From Carcharhinus longimanus (lineage: Eukaryota): DNA of 64,000 nucleotides. The notes below the pieces were generated by a model. That model had not been told where the DNA came from. It saw only the letters and a program-made list of their open reading frames with translations, and ran no database searches. The stretch is from positions 73,880,680 through 73,944,679 of the forward strand of contig JASCQW010000043.1 in NCBI GenBank assembly GCA_030264375.1, in the 5' to 3' direction. Every line of letters starts with the position of its first letter. The stretch's first letter is position 1. Shown piece after piece: positions 38,665 to 51,130 of the stretch. The position numbers and the translations under genes were made by a program.

Positions 38665-39318
38665 ACCTTTTTAGCTTTGACACTCTTAACAGGTCATTTG
38701 GAATTAGTTTTTACTTTGCTGTATCTCCAATCTCTTTGACTCTCTTTAAGTCATTTTATGTCACTGAGAATTGTCATCAGTTCTGCTACTTTTATGCTTT
38801 TTCCAGTTTTCTCTTAAGAGGATTTTTTTAAACTGGCAGAGTTGAGAATTTAATTGAAATTGCAGTTTTAAGGAATTATTAATCTATCATTCTGAATTAG
38901 CATACAGATCAAATAATGGAATTGCTGAAGTACCTTAGTCTATTACTAGTGTCTCTCCACAGGGGTAGTTCCCTACTCAGACAAATCATTTCTGGCAAGG
39001 CATCAGTAAAAATATTCACATGTACAGATAAGTTGTTGTTTATACATGTGGGAAAATGTTCCTAACTTTAAAAAATGCTGGTGACCAAATCATTAAATAA
39101 TTATCTCATGTAGCTGTTAAATTCATCCAAATAGAAAAGAAAGTTATTTTAATCCCTATGAATAAGGTTAAACAAGTAAATATGACCCTGCCTAAAATAT
39201 TTAATTAATTTAAAATTTGTTCTTCGTATCATTGCTTAATTATAAACTGTTAGATATTTTATGAGCTGGACGTTTACACTTAACTGCAAGTTATTTTATT
39301 AAAATATATTTTCTTTAG

Positions 39319-39411
39319 CAATCAGTACGGTTAATATCATTGTGTCAACGGCTATCAAGATCATTCCTCTCTCGAAGCAACATGAGTGTTGCTAGAAGTG
39401 AGGACACTTTG
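39319..39411 (+). CDS. DAPK1: DAPK1 exon 11 equivalent: QSVRLISLCQRLSRSFLSRSNMSVARSEDTL
   Basis: ctttag acceptor, gtaagt donor, 93 nt; includes the Ser308-equivalent residue. Confidence 0.96.
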
Positions 39412-39931
39412 GTAAGTACCTGGACAAAAATCCAATCAATAGCTAAAGAATTTTATGTCCATTCTTGACAGTAGAAATTGGAAGAGTTGTGTGTGTTTGT
39501 ATAAATACGTGCTGGCTGTGGACTGAGTCAAAGTTGGCCATTGTAACCCTTCCCCCATAATAAAGTAGCTTACTGTTGCACTGTGGTTCATTTGGTAAGC
39601 ACTACCAAGTCTGAACCTTAATGTAACAAGGGATGGAAGAATTTTTTAAAAAGATAATCACACTTTAATTTTACATTTGTACCAATGTTCTCCTCCAAAG
39701 GGGAGGATTCTTACTGTGGTATCGACTCCCTGTGTGCTCCTCATCTTCTATCATTCAACGGGCTATTTTAACTTATGATATTGCAGCCTATTCTGTGCAT
39801 AGGACAAAAAAAAGGAGCCATTCTGCTATTCCATTTCTTTAAACTCTCCTCTTTGATCACAGTTTTCATCTGTGTTGATTATTTTGTCAAATTATACTCT
39901 ATGAAGAACCTTGCAACATTACCTTGTTGTT

Positions 39932-40272
39932 GGGAGAGGCAGTGACCTAGTGGAATTGTCACTGGCCAAGACCAAGAGTAATGTTCTGAGGACCCAGGTT
40001 TGAAACGAACCACAGCAGATGATGAAATTTTGAACTCAATAAAAAATACCTGGAATTAAGAGTCTGCTGATGACCATGAAACCATTGTCGATTGTCATCA
40101 AAATCCATCTGGTCGCTAATGTCCTTTAGGGAGGGAAATGTGCCATCCTTACTTGCCTGGCCTATGTATAATTCCACAGTATTGCAGTTGGCTCTTAAAT
40201 GCACTCAGGGATGGGTAATAAATGCTGACCCAGCCAGTGACACCCACATCCCATGAGCGAATCAAAACAAAA
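39932..40272 (+). mobile_element. tRNA-derived SINE, second family (non-V)
   Basis: ggcagtg head, ggacccaggtttgaa B-box, gatgaccatgaaaccattgtc core; other copies at 53151, 58868 and 60561. Confidence 0.75.
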
Positions 40273-40678
40273 TTGTAGTGGCCTAACTGTTGCCTTGGCT
40301 GATATCAGCTAGTTCAGCATGGAGCAGGGTTGAATACAGCCTTGTCTGTATGATGTAACTGCTCACTAAATTAACTTACTAATCAGCCTGTAGAGCCCTT
40401 GAATTTTAATTTCAGTGTAGCTCCCAAGAGCTATAGCTGGACACAGTTCTGTCACCATTACTTAAAATGCACTATTTTAAAATAAAATTTGAAACAAGAT
40501 TTCCGGAGGATTCAGAATAGTTGACAGAGTATTTTATCTATGTATAAATTATGCTATTTTTGAAAAAAGCGTAAATAGTCTTTCCTCCTCCTATCCATAT
40601 GTTCAGTAGTCTTTGACCAGCCATTTGCTGGTTAACTTCCAAAAGTGATTAGTTTATTTTTTGTCGTCTTTTAATAAG

Positions 40679-40798
40679 GATGAAGAGGATTCTTTTGTAA
40701 TGAAAGCAATTATTCATGCCATCAATGATGATAATGTTCCCGGCCTACAGCACCTTCTTGGATCCCTTGCCAATTATGACATAAACCAGCCTAACAAG
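40679..40798 (+). CDS. DAPK1: DAPK1 exon 12 equivalent: DEEDSFVMKAIIHAINDDNVPGLQHLLGSLANYDINQPNK
   Basis: aataag acceptor, gtaacc donor, 120 nt; this segment is specific to DAPK1 (DAPK2/3 lack ankyrin repeats). Confidence 0.96.
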
Positions 40799-41630
40799 GT
40801 AACCTTTTTTTGCATCCTTTGGTATGTTTTGTTAATGAATTGAGAATTATTTCCTGCCTAGATTTCAGAATAACGAGTGGCTAATGTATTCATCCTCACA
40901 TAATCCAACGATTGAATAATAGGCAGACTATGCAAGATGATGAATTAAAGTCACCTTATTACAGTATATGTTACAGAAAATTATATCACCTTGCACACTT
41001 GCATAACCAAGGCATGTATGTCTTCTGAAGCATGATAATGATAGTTGTAAGTAATTTCATGTTATCAAGGTAATCAAAATTGGTACAATGATATCAGCTG
41101 ACTGATTCATTAACATAAAGCCTAGGGCAAATTTTATATTCCTGACAGAGGAAACGCTGTCTGCTGCAGATGTCGAGTTTCTAGTAATTTTATTATCATC
41201 AGGCAATTGAGCAGATTGAAACAAATAAATCCTCTTGTAGGAGGGAAATTTTACAAAATTAGTGGTCTCTTTTAATCCTCCCCCACCCCCACAACGACAT
41301 TCATCATGAGGAAATATTTGGATTTCTGAGGGCAATAAGGTTGAGTTTTGTGGGAGTTCAGAGTTGAAAATGATGAGAGCTTACATCCTTGCTCACACTG
41401 CTTTAGATTTTGAATCTACTATTTCTTGTATACTGGGCTCTAAAGTGCTTTATTAATAATAACATTATTTGGTAAGAACAATTTTATATTTGTCTCAGTT
41501 TTGTTTTTAAAAACATTTACCTTCTAGGTGCTTGACGACTGCTCAGTAAAATTAAACCAATATTTCTGCAGTGGACTAAGCAGACAGATGTATGACCAGT
41601 TCATGATTGTTCTCATATAAATCCTACAGT

Positions 41631-41934
41631 GAATCATAGAATCCTACAAGAAGAAAGAGGCCATTCGATACATCAAGTCTGCACTGACTGCAATCCCACC
41701 CAGGCCCTATCCCCATAACCCCATGCATTTATCCTAGCTAGTCCCCCTGACACCAAGGGTCAATTTAGCATGGTCACCTAACCCCCACACATTTGGACTG
41801 TGGGAGGAAACTAGAGCACCGGAGGAAATCCACATGGAGAACGTGCAAATTCTGCATGGTGACCCAAGCCAGGAATCGAACCTGGTTCCCTGGCACTGTG
41901 ATGCAGTAGTGCTAACCACTGTACCAAAGTGCCA
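41631..41934 (-). mobile_element. V-SINE, tail A
   Basis: Matches the other tail-A copies. Confidence 0.85.
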
Positions 41935-42290
41935 TCCATAAGATGTAATGAAAAACACAACAGTCTTTCAAACTTGTTTTAACAGAGGTGAATTGTTTCA
42001 CTTAATTTTGTAATGTCACACATATTTAGTAAAGTAAATTTCATAGGATCAATCATAGAATAGATNNNNNNNNNNNNNNNNNNNNNNNNNNNNNNNNNNN
42101 NNNNNNNNNNNNNNNNNNNNNNNNNNNNNNNNNNNNNNNNNNNNNNNNNNNNNNNNNNNNNNNNNATTTAGTAAAGTAAATTTCATAGGATCAATCATAG
42201 AATAGATACAACACAACAGGAAGCCATTCAGCCCATTCTCCTCATGCTGGCTTTGTCAGAGCAACTCGCCTAGTCCCACTCCCCTTTTCC

Positions 42291-42551
42291 CTACAGTGAA
42301 GAACAGGCCATTTGGTCCATCGTGCCTGCACCAACTCTGACAGGGCCTCTCCCCCACCCCATTCCTGTCACATTTACCGTTGCTAAGGTGCAATTTAGCC
42401 TGGCCAATCCACCTAACCTGCGCATCTTTGGACTGTGGGAGGAAACTGGAGCACCCGAAGAAAACCCACGCAGACAAGGGGAGAACATGCAAACTCCACT
42501 CAGTCACCCAAATCTGGAATTGAACCCGGGTCCCTGGAGCTGTGAGGCAGC
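42291..42551 (-). mobile_element. V-SINE, tail A, head truncated at the duplication breakpoint
   Basis: Ends abruptly at tgtgaggcagc. Confidence 0.8.
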
Positions 42552-42560
42552 TTCGGTGAT

Positions 42561-42944
42561 GACAACTGTTCTTACCTCTAAACCATCACTCTAGAAGTTT
42601 ATCAAGAATTTATGCATGGCTCTCCCATTGTAATGTACATCGTGTTCCTTGGTGATTATCTGAGAATGAGGGGTTGCAATCCCGATATACAGTCACCCGG
42701 CTCTTCTTGCCGTTAGTAGACTTTCCACTGCCTATATGCCGTCAGACTACTTGCCTGGTGTCCAATTTTGGATGAGTCTCAACTTCATCCAACTAAAGGT
42801 TGTAGGGTAGGGATTTTCAGTTGGCAGGATTTCTCACTTTACCACATGAGTTCACGGAGAAAGCATTTCCCCCAAGGAATGTTAATTGGCTGGAGGTGAG
42901 ACTTCCATCCCTCACTCGGGCAAAGTCCAGCCTCAGTGGTGCCA
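42561..42944 (+). repeat. Local direct duplication, copy A (partner at 44225-44606)
   Basis: Collinear over about 380 bp, roughly 90% identical by eye. Confidence 0.92.
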
Positions 42945-42989
42945 CTACCCTCCTGTCCCTGATGTAATCTACCTAGCCTAAGAGATGTG

Positions 42990-43105
42990 ACTGCCTTGTG
43001 GGTATATCGCAGTGTTGAAGCTCAGACTCCAGCTCATCCACTCTAAATGAAAGCTCCTCGAGCTGCAGACACTTGCGGCAGATGTAGTTGCCATGGATTG
43101 CACAA
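42990..43105 (-). mobile_element. CR1 ORF1 zinc-finger/leucine-zipper fragment
   Basis: The - strand reads IHGNYICRKCLQLEELSFRVDELESELQ. Confidence 0.65.
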
Positions 43106-43223
43106 TTGGCCCTTGAGCTGAGCATCCTTCAATAAGTATTCAATTTAAACAAAGGAGGAAAATTAAGACACTTGAGTTTCCATTTCCCACCATGGTTCTT
43201 GAATTTATTTAATCTTCCTGCAG

Positions 43224-43322
43224 CATGGAACACCACCCCTGATGATTGCAGCTGGCTGTGGAAACATCCAGATTCTGAACTTGCTCATCCTGAAGGGAGC
43301 AAAGATTGACGTACAGGACAAG
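43224..43322 (+). CDS. DAPK1: DAPK1 exon 13 equivalent, ankyrin repeat: HGTPPLMIAAGCGNIQILNLLILKGAKIDVQDK
   Basis: cctgcag acceptor, gtttgt donor, 99 nt. Confidence 0.96.
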
Positions 43323-43702
43323 GTTTGTACTGAAATTCTCCAAAAGCAGTGTTTATATCTGAAAATATTTGATTTCTTGTCACTGAATTGCCATATGTAA
43401 TGGATATTTGTTGCGTATATGCATTACTTAACCGGAAAGTCTCATTTTGTCTTAAGCTATAGAAAATAAAAGTGGCCATTTGCTATCCATATAATTTTCC
43501 TAAAGTTCCTGCAATTTTAAGTTTTATATAAGTTACTGTTTATGCCGACATGTCAAATAAATATTTATTTAATTGACAGGGAACTCAGGTGGTTATTATT
43601 GAGACCAATAAAGTTCACTTCAAAGGTTACCTGAAAACTATGATCTTTGTGCATCACACGCTTGAGATGGTTTTTCACTGAATTAATCTCATTTGTCCCT
43701 AG

Positions 43703-43801
43703 TCTGGCTCAAATGCACTTTATTGGGCAGCAAGACATGGCCATACTGAAACATTAAAGTTCTTGCATCAGAAAGAATGTCCACTGAATGTACAAGATAA
43801 G
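43703..43801 (+). CDS. DAPK1: DAPK1 exon 14 equivalent, ankyrin repeat: SGSNALYWAARHGHTETLKFLHQKECPLNVQDK
   Basis: ccctag acceptor, gtaagc donor, 99 nt. Confidence 0.96.
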
Positions 43802-44224
43802 GTAAGCAAAATGTAAAATTAATGTTCATAATGTAAGCAAATAGTCTTAAATTAGATTATTTAGAAATGGGTTTATTTGGATGGAGTTATATTTTTTATG
43901 ATTTGAGTTGGTGGTGAGGGGCTCTAGAACTTTTGTTTTGCCTGTTGATTCAACCAAATTTGCAAAGTACTTAGAATTCATAAACTTCAACAGAAAAGTT
44001 ATATATAAGTTGTGATTTCAGGGAAATAGCCAGCTTTGGCAGCATCTCCAGGACAATCTCAAATTTTAAAAGTTACTGCTGGGTAACAAATATGTTTTAT
44101 AGTTAGCTGTGAGTCAATATTCATTGTGATGTAGCCACCGAAATGTTCAACCATGCCATCCTCTTGCCTAGCTTTGTGGGACTACCATCATTTAGTTCCA
44201 CACTGACTCTCTGATAGTGGGCAG

Positions 44225-44606
44225 GACACCTGTTCTTACCTGTAAACCATCACTCTGGAAGTTTATCAAGGATTTATCCATGGCTCTCCCACTGTAAAGT
44301 ACACCCTGTTCCTTGGTGATTATCTAAGAATGAGGACTTGCAATCCCGATATAGTCACCCTGCTCTTCTTGCTCTTTGTAGTCCATCCACTGCCTATATG
44401 CTGTCAGACTACTTGCCTGGCATCCAATTTTGGATGAGTCTCAACTTCATCCAGCTAAAGGTTGTGGGGTAGGGATTTGCAGTTGGCAGGATTTCTCACC
44501 TTACCACATGAGTTCATGGAGAAAGCATTTCCTCCAAGGAAGGTTAATTGGCTGGAGACGAGACTTCCATCCCTCACTCGAGCAAAGTCCAGCCTCAGTG
44601 GTGCCA
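44225..44606 (+). repeat. Local direct duplication, copy B (partner at 42561-42944)
   Basis: As for copy A; copy B continues into a GC-rich element to about 45050. Confidence 0.92.
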
Positions 44607-45199
44607 ATCAATTTGATTGGCCAGTAGCTCTGAAGTCTCAGCAATGCCAGCACGAGGACTACATCCAGTCCCCAGTCCCGGAGACCTGGCAAGTGGCGAG
44701 AGAAGTGTGATGGAGAGGATGGTGCTGGGGCTGGGGAGAGGACTAGGTCGGGAAAGGGGGTCCTTAAGGAAGTTCCTACATACCCGAAGCTCAAGCTGGG
44801 TGGCCAGTGGGCATCCTTTATGCCCTGAACTCCTGGCAGGCTGAAAATTGAGACTGGGCTGACAGCAGCCTGTTGGTAACTCATGATTGGCTGCTTGAGG
44901 GTCTCATTTGGGGCAAGGGCTGACAGGCCACCCTTGGCCTCACCTGCCTAAATAGATGAGGAACAGGTTGGGAAAGAGGTGATGAGGAATTTTAAAGTGG
45001 CATCTGCCCACTGCCTACAAACCTGCTGGCAGGACTCTCAAACTCTGCCAATGAAGACTGAAACCATTGTTTTTTTTTGCCCATGATAAACGGCACTCCT
45101 TGTTATTGATTTCTTCTCCCTCCACAGCCACTGTTCCAAGCTGAGTCCAATTCTTCAAAATCACAGCAGCCTGTTCAACCTCAAATTATTTTTCATCTT

Positions 45200-45810
45200 G
45201 TACCCTCATCCATGTTACCACCTCAGTCCCATCCACCTTGTTCATGACTTTGTCACCTTCAGATTCAATCATTCTAGTGCTTCTTTTGCATCCTTATCCT
45301 TCATATGCCATTGAAATTTAATTTATCAGAAACTCTGCACTCAAGTTTTATCTTTCACCAAGTCCCACTCGCCCATCCCATCATTCCCATCTGGCTGCAT
45401 GGCATTGATTCTCACATCCCCAATAACTTCATTTTTTTTCAGATCCCATTTTTCATGGGCCTCTTGAAATTTCTAAATGGTCTGATTGAGCTAATTTCCT
45501 GCAACTCTCCAGCCTTCAATCATTCCGTTCCTGAGTCAGTCTCTCATGCGTGTCTCCTTCCTCCGCTCCATTACTCATAACTCTGTGTTCAACTGCCAGC
45601 TCCTCACATTGTCTGGAATTTCCTCCATAATCTTTCTATGTTTTACTCCTTTAAGACTCTCCTTAAAATCCGCGTGTTTAATCAAACTGCGGGTCATCTT
45701 CCCATAATAATATTTGCTCCAGTATCTCGGTGGCTATTTTCCGCATGTCACTGTTAAGTTCCTTGGAATATTTTTCTATGTTGATGGGATTATATAAATG
45801 TATGTTCCTC
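45200..45810 (+). mobile_element. Decayed L2 LINE 3' end
   Basis: LVHDFVTFRF.. (LVHAFVTSRLDY-like) and a tail ending tatataaatgtatgtt. Confidence 0.6.
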
Positions 45811-45849
45811 ATTCTTTCTTGTGATTCTTTATCGTAATCTTCCTGCAAC

Positions 45850-46800
45850 ACCAGAGCCTGTTCAGCCCATCAGGACAATGCTGGTGCTTCTAAAATGTTA
45901 GTCCCAGTGAGGCTTACAATAAGTCCAGCAGCTCTACTCTTTCCCCATTGCCTTGCAGATTTTCCCCCTTCAGCCATTTATCCAGTTCTCTTTGGAGTGT
46001 TTTTATTGAACTGCTTTTGTCACCCTTTCAGGCAGTGCATTCTAGACCATGCCAGCTTATTATGTTTGCTCATGTCACCTCTGATCCTTTTACCAGTGAC
46101 AATAAGTCTGTGTCCTCTGGTTACTATTACTATATGCAGTTCCTTGTTATTTACCATTCATGATTTTGAGCACTTCTATCAAATCTCCTACTAAGCTAAG
46201 GAAAACAGCCCCAGTTTCTTCAGTTCCTCCGCATAAGTGAAGTCTTTCATTCCTGGTACCAATTGAGTGAATCTCCATCCTCTCTGAGGCCATGAATATC
46301 CTTTCAATTGTGTTGTGCTCAGAATTGGCCTCAGTACTCCTGTTGGGGCCGAACCCGAGTTTTGTAAAGGTTTTGCAATNNNNNNNNNNNNNNNNNNNNN
46401 NNNNNNNNNNNNNNNNNNNNNNNNNNNNNNNNNNNNNNNNNNNNNNNNNNNNNNNNNNNNNNNNNNNNNNNNNNNNNNNACCCGAGTTTTGTAAAGGTTT
46501 TGCAATAATTTCCTTACTTTTGCAATCAAGATGTGGAGTTGCCAGCGTTAGACTGGGGTAGGTACAGTAAGTAGTCTCGCAACACCAGGTTAAAATCCAA
46601 CAGGTTTATTTGGTAGCACAAGCTTTTGGAGCATTGTCCCTTCATCAGGTGATGAATGCTCAATGCTCCATAAGCACATACTACCAAATAAACCTGTTGG
46701 ACTTTAACCTGGTGTTGTGAGACTACTTATTTGCAATCAGTGCTGCTGTTTATAAAGTTGAGGATTCCAAATGCCTTAATTGTCTTGTCCACAAGTATTC
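45850..46800 (-). mobile_element. Decayed CR1 LINE with a nested Penelope fold-back at 46529-46729
   Basis: The - strand reads RFTQLVPGMKDFTYAEELKKLGLFSL. Confidence 0.72.
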
Positions 46801-48434
46801 TACTTCTGCTTTAGTCTTTTAAATAGATAAGTATTAGTGCCTTTTTACATCTTTTATATTCGTAGAACCAGACTGCAAATCATTGTGATTGCCTCTAATT
46901 AGCACATCCACAATACAGCTTAAAGCTAAGCTGACAGAACAGGTTGATGGCAAGAAGATGCTGGGGAGGAGGTAGAAAGCCAAACAGTGTATATAAGAGC
47001 AATGGGCTGGTAGTGTGCAGTTAGGTCCGAGTGGGCTCAGTTTTGTAGCATAGGGGAGCTGTGTTTCTAATAATGAACCTGAGGAGGGAAGAGGTTTAGC
47101 GGAAGGGATAGGGTTAAGTTACTGATCAGGAGAAAGCAGCAATTTGGGGCCATGCTTGTGTTGTCAGGAATGTGGAGTAAAGCAAAGAAGTGCGATGCTG
47201 AAGCTGTCAAGAAGCATTGTGGTTTTTTTATATTTGTCCAGTTTGTTATTGGCCAGATAGGCCAGACTGAGTAAGGATGGCAAGGTTTCCTCTCCAAAAT
47301 CAGTTTGTATGACAATCTGATGGCTTTGGCTAGTTTTACTGTTGCCCACTTTTTATTTCCAGATTTAAAAAAATTGAAATCTCCTGTTGTCATGGTGAGA
47401 CGTTGTTTACTAGCTGAGTTAGCACGTTCAATACATCAATATATCTATTATGGTTTGTTAAAGCTTGGCATTTTGTTTTTCTGCTTTTGTTGCGATGGGA
47501 GTGGGGATCGAATAGAAAGCTGTCATGGCTATTGTATCTTGGAAAATATTTTCTCTTAAGAGAATTGACCCTTTTGTAGGAGGTGGTTAGCTTTATCGTG
47601 CTTTGCTTATCTCAACAAAGGAATGCGAATAAATAGTCGGGAAAAAATATATTTAGAAACCACTGAACAAATGATGGGACATGTGGTAATAAACAAAATG
47701 CAAATATTTAAACCAAAATCCAGATTTGCCTCTGTGTTGAACATTTCAGTTTCGGCTGCACTGTTATTCTTAAGCATCAAAGCCATCATCTTTACTGTAA
47801 CTGGACATTTTCCTGCCTGTCTGTCAGTTGAGTTACACAAAGTTAAATTCAAAATGCGGACAATACGAAACTGCATAAGTGCAAAATATATGCCAAAATA
47901 GGATGGTGACTGCAAATAATTGTGAATTATTCACCCTGTAAAAATGTATATACAAACCCACTTGCAAACTGTTGCACTTGTTTAGGTTTTCATATCAAGT
48001 CTTCACCAATCAGCCAGTCACCTCCTATAGGAAGGTGTGTTTTCCTGTGCGAAAACATTCTCCAGGATATCCAATTTTCTGCTTTTCTCTGCTTTCCTCT
48101 CCCCTACCTAAATCTCCACACTCCCACCCTACATTTTAGGATTTTTCCAATCTTCATTTTGACTTCCTGCACTTTAAACTACATTCGATAAAAGCTGCTG
48201 GATGACTGCTGGACTAACTTTTCACTTGTCCAAAGATATTCTGTTTCTGCTTTAATGTTTTAGTAGCTAAATACTGGGAAGTTTTAAAATGCTTTGCGTT
48301 CTGAAAACGAGACTGTAAGTGCCTTTGCGAAATGTATCCTTTATATTATTATTCAGAGTTGATATTTGTTTATAATGAATTTTAGTTTGTGTGGAGTGTT
48401 TTGAAATCTTAGTTTTGTTTGTATTTCGCTGCAG

Positions 48435-48532
48435 TCTGGTGAAACTGCCNNNNNNNNNNNNNNNNNNNNNNNNNNNNNGAAGTGGTACAGTACCTCTGCA
48501 ACGTTGGGATTAACCCAAACCTTCAAGATAGG
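48435..48532 (+). CDS. DAPK1: DAPK1 exon 15 equivalent, ankyrin repeat interrupted by an N gap: SGETA-[gap]-EVVQYLCNVGINPNLQDR
   Basis: ctgcag acceptor, gtaaga donor; 29 Ns at 48450-48478 where 30 nt are expected. Confidence 0.9.
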
Positions 48533-48679
48533 GTAAGACTTATAAAACTTACATTTCAATTAAATCACAATTCAATACTGTTATCAGACAATTCAGTTTG
48601 GATTTTTTGAGTCATCTGTTGTATTGATACTTGCACGGAATCAGATAATTGATGATCACAGTGAATATGGATTAGGACT

Positions 48680-49310
48680 AAACTTGATAAATCTCTGGAT
48701 CTGGCGATCAACATGCCAAAGTGTTGAATGAGATGGCTGTAGAGATAGCAGATGCACTGGTGATCATCTTTCAAAATTCTGTGGATTGGAAAGTAGCAAA
48801 TAGAATCTGACTCTTTAAGAAAGGAAGGAGAGTGAAAATAGGGAACTACAGAACTGTTAGCCTGGCATCCGTAGTAGGGAAAATATTAAAAAAGATGTGA
48901 TAATTGGGTATTTAGAAAACAATGGTAGGAATGGGCAGAGTCAAAATGGATCTATGAAAGGTAAATCATGTTTGACAAACTTGTTGAAGGATGTCACTTT
49001 GCAGGCTAGATAAGGGAGAACCAGTGGATGTAGTGTATTTGGATTTTCAGAAGGCTTTTGATGAGGTTAATAAGCAAAAATAGAGCATGTGGGGTTGGGT
49101 GTAATACACTGGCATGGATTGAGGGTTGGTTAAAGGATAGAAAGCAGAGGGTAAGAACAAACATGTCACTCCCAGGTTGGCAGGTTGTTATCAGTGGGAT
49201 ACTGCAAAGATCAGTGCTTGGACTTCAGCTATTCACAATATATATTGAAGATTTGAATGTGCAGACCAAATATATTTCCAAGTTCACTAATGATACAAAA
49301 CTTGGTAAAC
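48680..49310 (+). mobile_element. CR1 RT fragment
   Basis: GNYRTVSLAS, VDVVYLDFQKAF, SVLGLQLFTIYI and KFTNDTKLG motifs. Confidence 0.85.
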
Positions 49311-49689
49311 AGCAACTTCTGCTACATGAGAAAACAGGTGCTGTTTGGTTGTCAAGTGGACTCCAGTGATGATGTTGCCATGGAGAATGCACCAAACAAT
49401 AGCTTATCCCCAGTGCTTTGTTTGATTTGAAAAAAGCACAATGTCTGGATATAGTCTTCCTATTTGTCAAGGACAGACCCAAGAATATGAAGGTATATAG
49501 CTTCTAGCAAGCATAAATGAACTGTCTTGTGAGCTCCACTGATAATCTTAAATTGGTTGTTAGTGTAATTCTTAGCTCATGCAGGATGGTTTACCAAATG
49601 CTGTCCGATCGCAGAGTCCTAGCTAATGATGGACACTACATAATGAGCTCTTCTCTACTCAACCAGCCTGTGAGAAAGGTGGGAATTAT

Positions 49690-49811
49690 GAGGTCAGGCC
49701 ACCAGAAGTTGGGTGTCGTACTTGCAGACGGAAAGATGTGGTGTGCCTCAGGGATCTGTTTTGGGGCCACTGCTGTTTGTAATCTTTATTAATGATCTGG
49801 ATGAGGGTATA
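49690..49811 (+). mobile_element. CR1 RT fragment
   Basis: [21 protein letters not shown]. Confidence 0.8.
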
Positions 49812-50029
49812 GNNNNNNNNNNCTTTTTTTTGGTCCCAAAAATCATGTTTTTTGTATACATTAAGTGTACAAATTGCCAATCTCCTGCTTTTCTGGAAGA
49901 GTATACTGTAACCCTGTTAGTAATCGGTCTCCATTCTTCAATCCACAAATGTATATTTTACTCACCAGGACCTTTTATAATTGGGTTGAAGATATTAAGT
50001 AGACAATACAGGCTGTGTTGTGGAAATAC

Positions 50030-50312
50030 CAGTGGTTAGCACTGCCAGCTCACTGCCAGGGACCCAGGTTCGTTTCCGGCCATGTGTAATTGTGTGTGTG
50101 GAGATTGCACGTTTTCCCTGTGTCTGTGGGTTTCGTCTGGGTGCTCCGGTTTCCTCCAACAGTCCAAGGATGTGTAGATTGAATGGCTTAGCCATGGGGT
50201 TAGGGGGAGAGGGTAGGACTCTGGGCCTCGGTAAGATGCTCCTTCAGAGAGTCGGTGCAGACCTGATGGGTGAAATGGCTTCCTCCTGCACTATAGGGAT
50301 TCTGTGGTTCTA
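50030..50312 (+). mobile_element. V-SINE, tail A variant
   Basis: Head, V-domain and CR1-type tail. Confidence 0.8.
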
Positions 50313-50647
50313 TACGTGGGAGTTTAATTCATACCCACTTTGCACTGGATACTGATGGCATTTCAAAATTGCAACTACCCATGCCCAATCTGGCAGACAG
50401 TTCACTTTGTACTTGGTGATTAAGTCGAACACAATCTTTGGAGGGATTTTTCGAGGCTTCAAAGGCCAACTTGTACGTCAACATCCATGGAACCCATAAC
50501 TCGCTGCTTCACGTGGAAGGAGTGTTTTGAATGATTGGCAATAGGAGATAAAAGGGCAAATGTTACATATTCTGCATTTGGATGGGAAGAGGACAAATGT
50601 AGGGAGTAACAATCTTCGATCGTATCAGTATTCTGCTTTTCAATTAT

Positions 50648-51130
50648 TCATAACATAAGAAATAGGAGCAGGAGTAGGCCATCTAGCCCTTTGAGCCTAC
50701 CCCACTATTCAATAAGATCATGGCTGATCTGAAGTGAATCAGTTCCACTTTCCCATTTTCTCCCCATAACCCTTAATTCCCTTGTCTATCAGAAATCTAT
50801 CCACCCGTGACTTAAATATATTCAACGAGGTAGNNNNNNNNNNNNNNNNNNNNNNNNNNNNNNNNNNNNNNNNNNNNNNNNNNNNNNNNNNNNNNNNNNN
50901 NNNNNNNNNNNNNNNNNNNNNNNNNNNNNNNNNACACTCAGCCCCCTCCTCCAGATCATCTATATAAATGGTAAACAGTTGAGGCCCCAGCACTGATCCC
51001 TGCGGCACTCTACTAGTCACCAACTGCCAACCAGAATAGCACCCACTAATTCCAACTCTCTGCTTCCTGTTAGACAACCAATCCTCAATCCACGCTAACA
51101 CCTTACCCCCAACTCTGTGTACCCTAACCA
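50648..51130 (-). mobile_element. CR1 LINE RT and 3' end spanning an N gap
   Basis: [15 protein letters not shown]...[18 protein letters not shown]; tail cataacataagaaataggagcagg. Confidence 0.88.

Noticed and set aside
42025-42206. Direct repeat of about 40 bp flanking 100 Ns
   Set aside because: Same scaffolding artefact
46352-46506. Direct repeat of about 27 bp flanking 100 Ns
   Set aside because: Same scaffolding artefact
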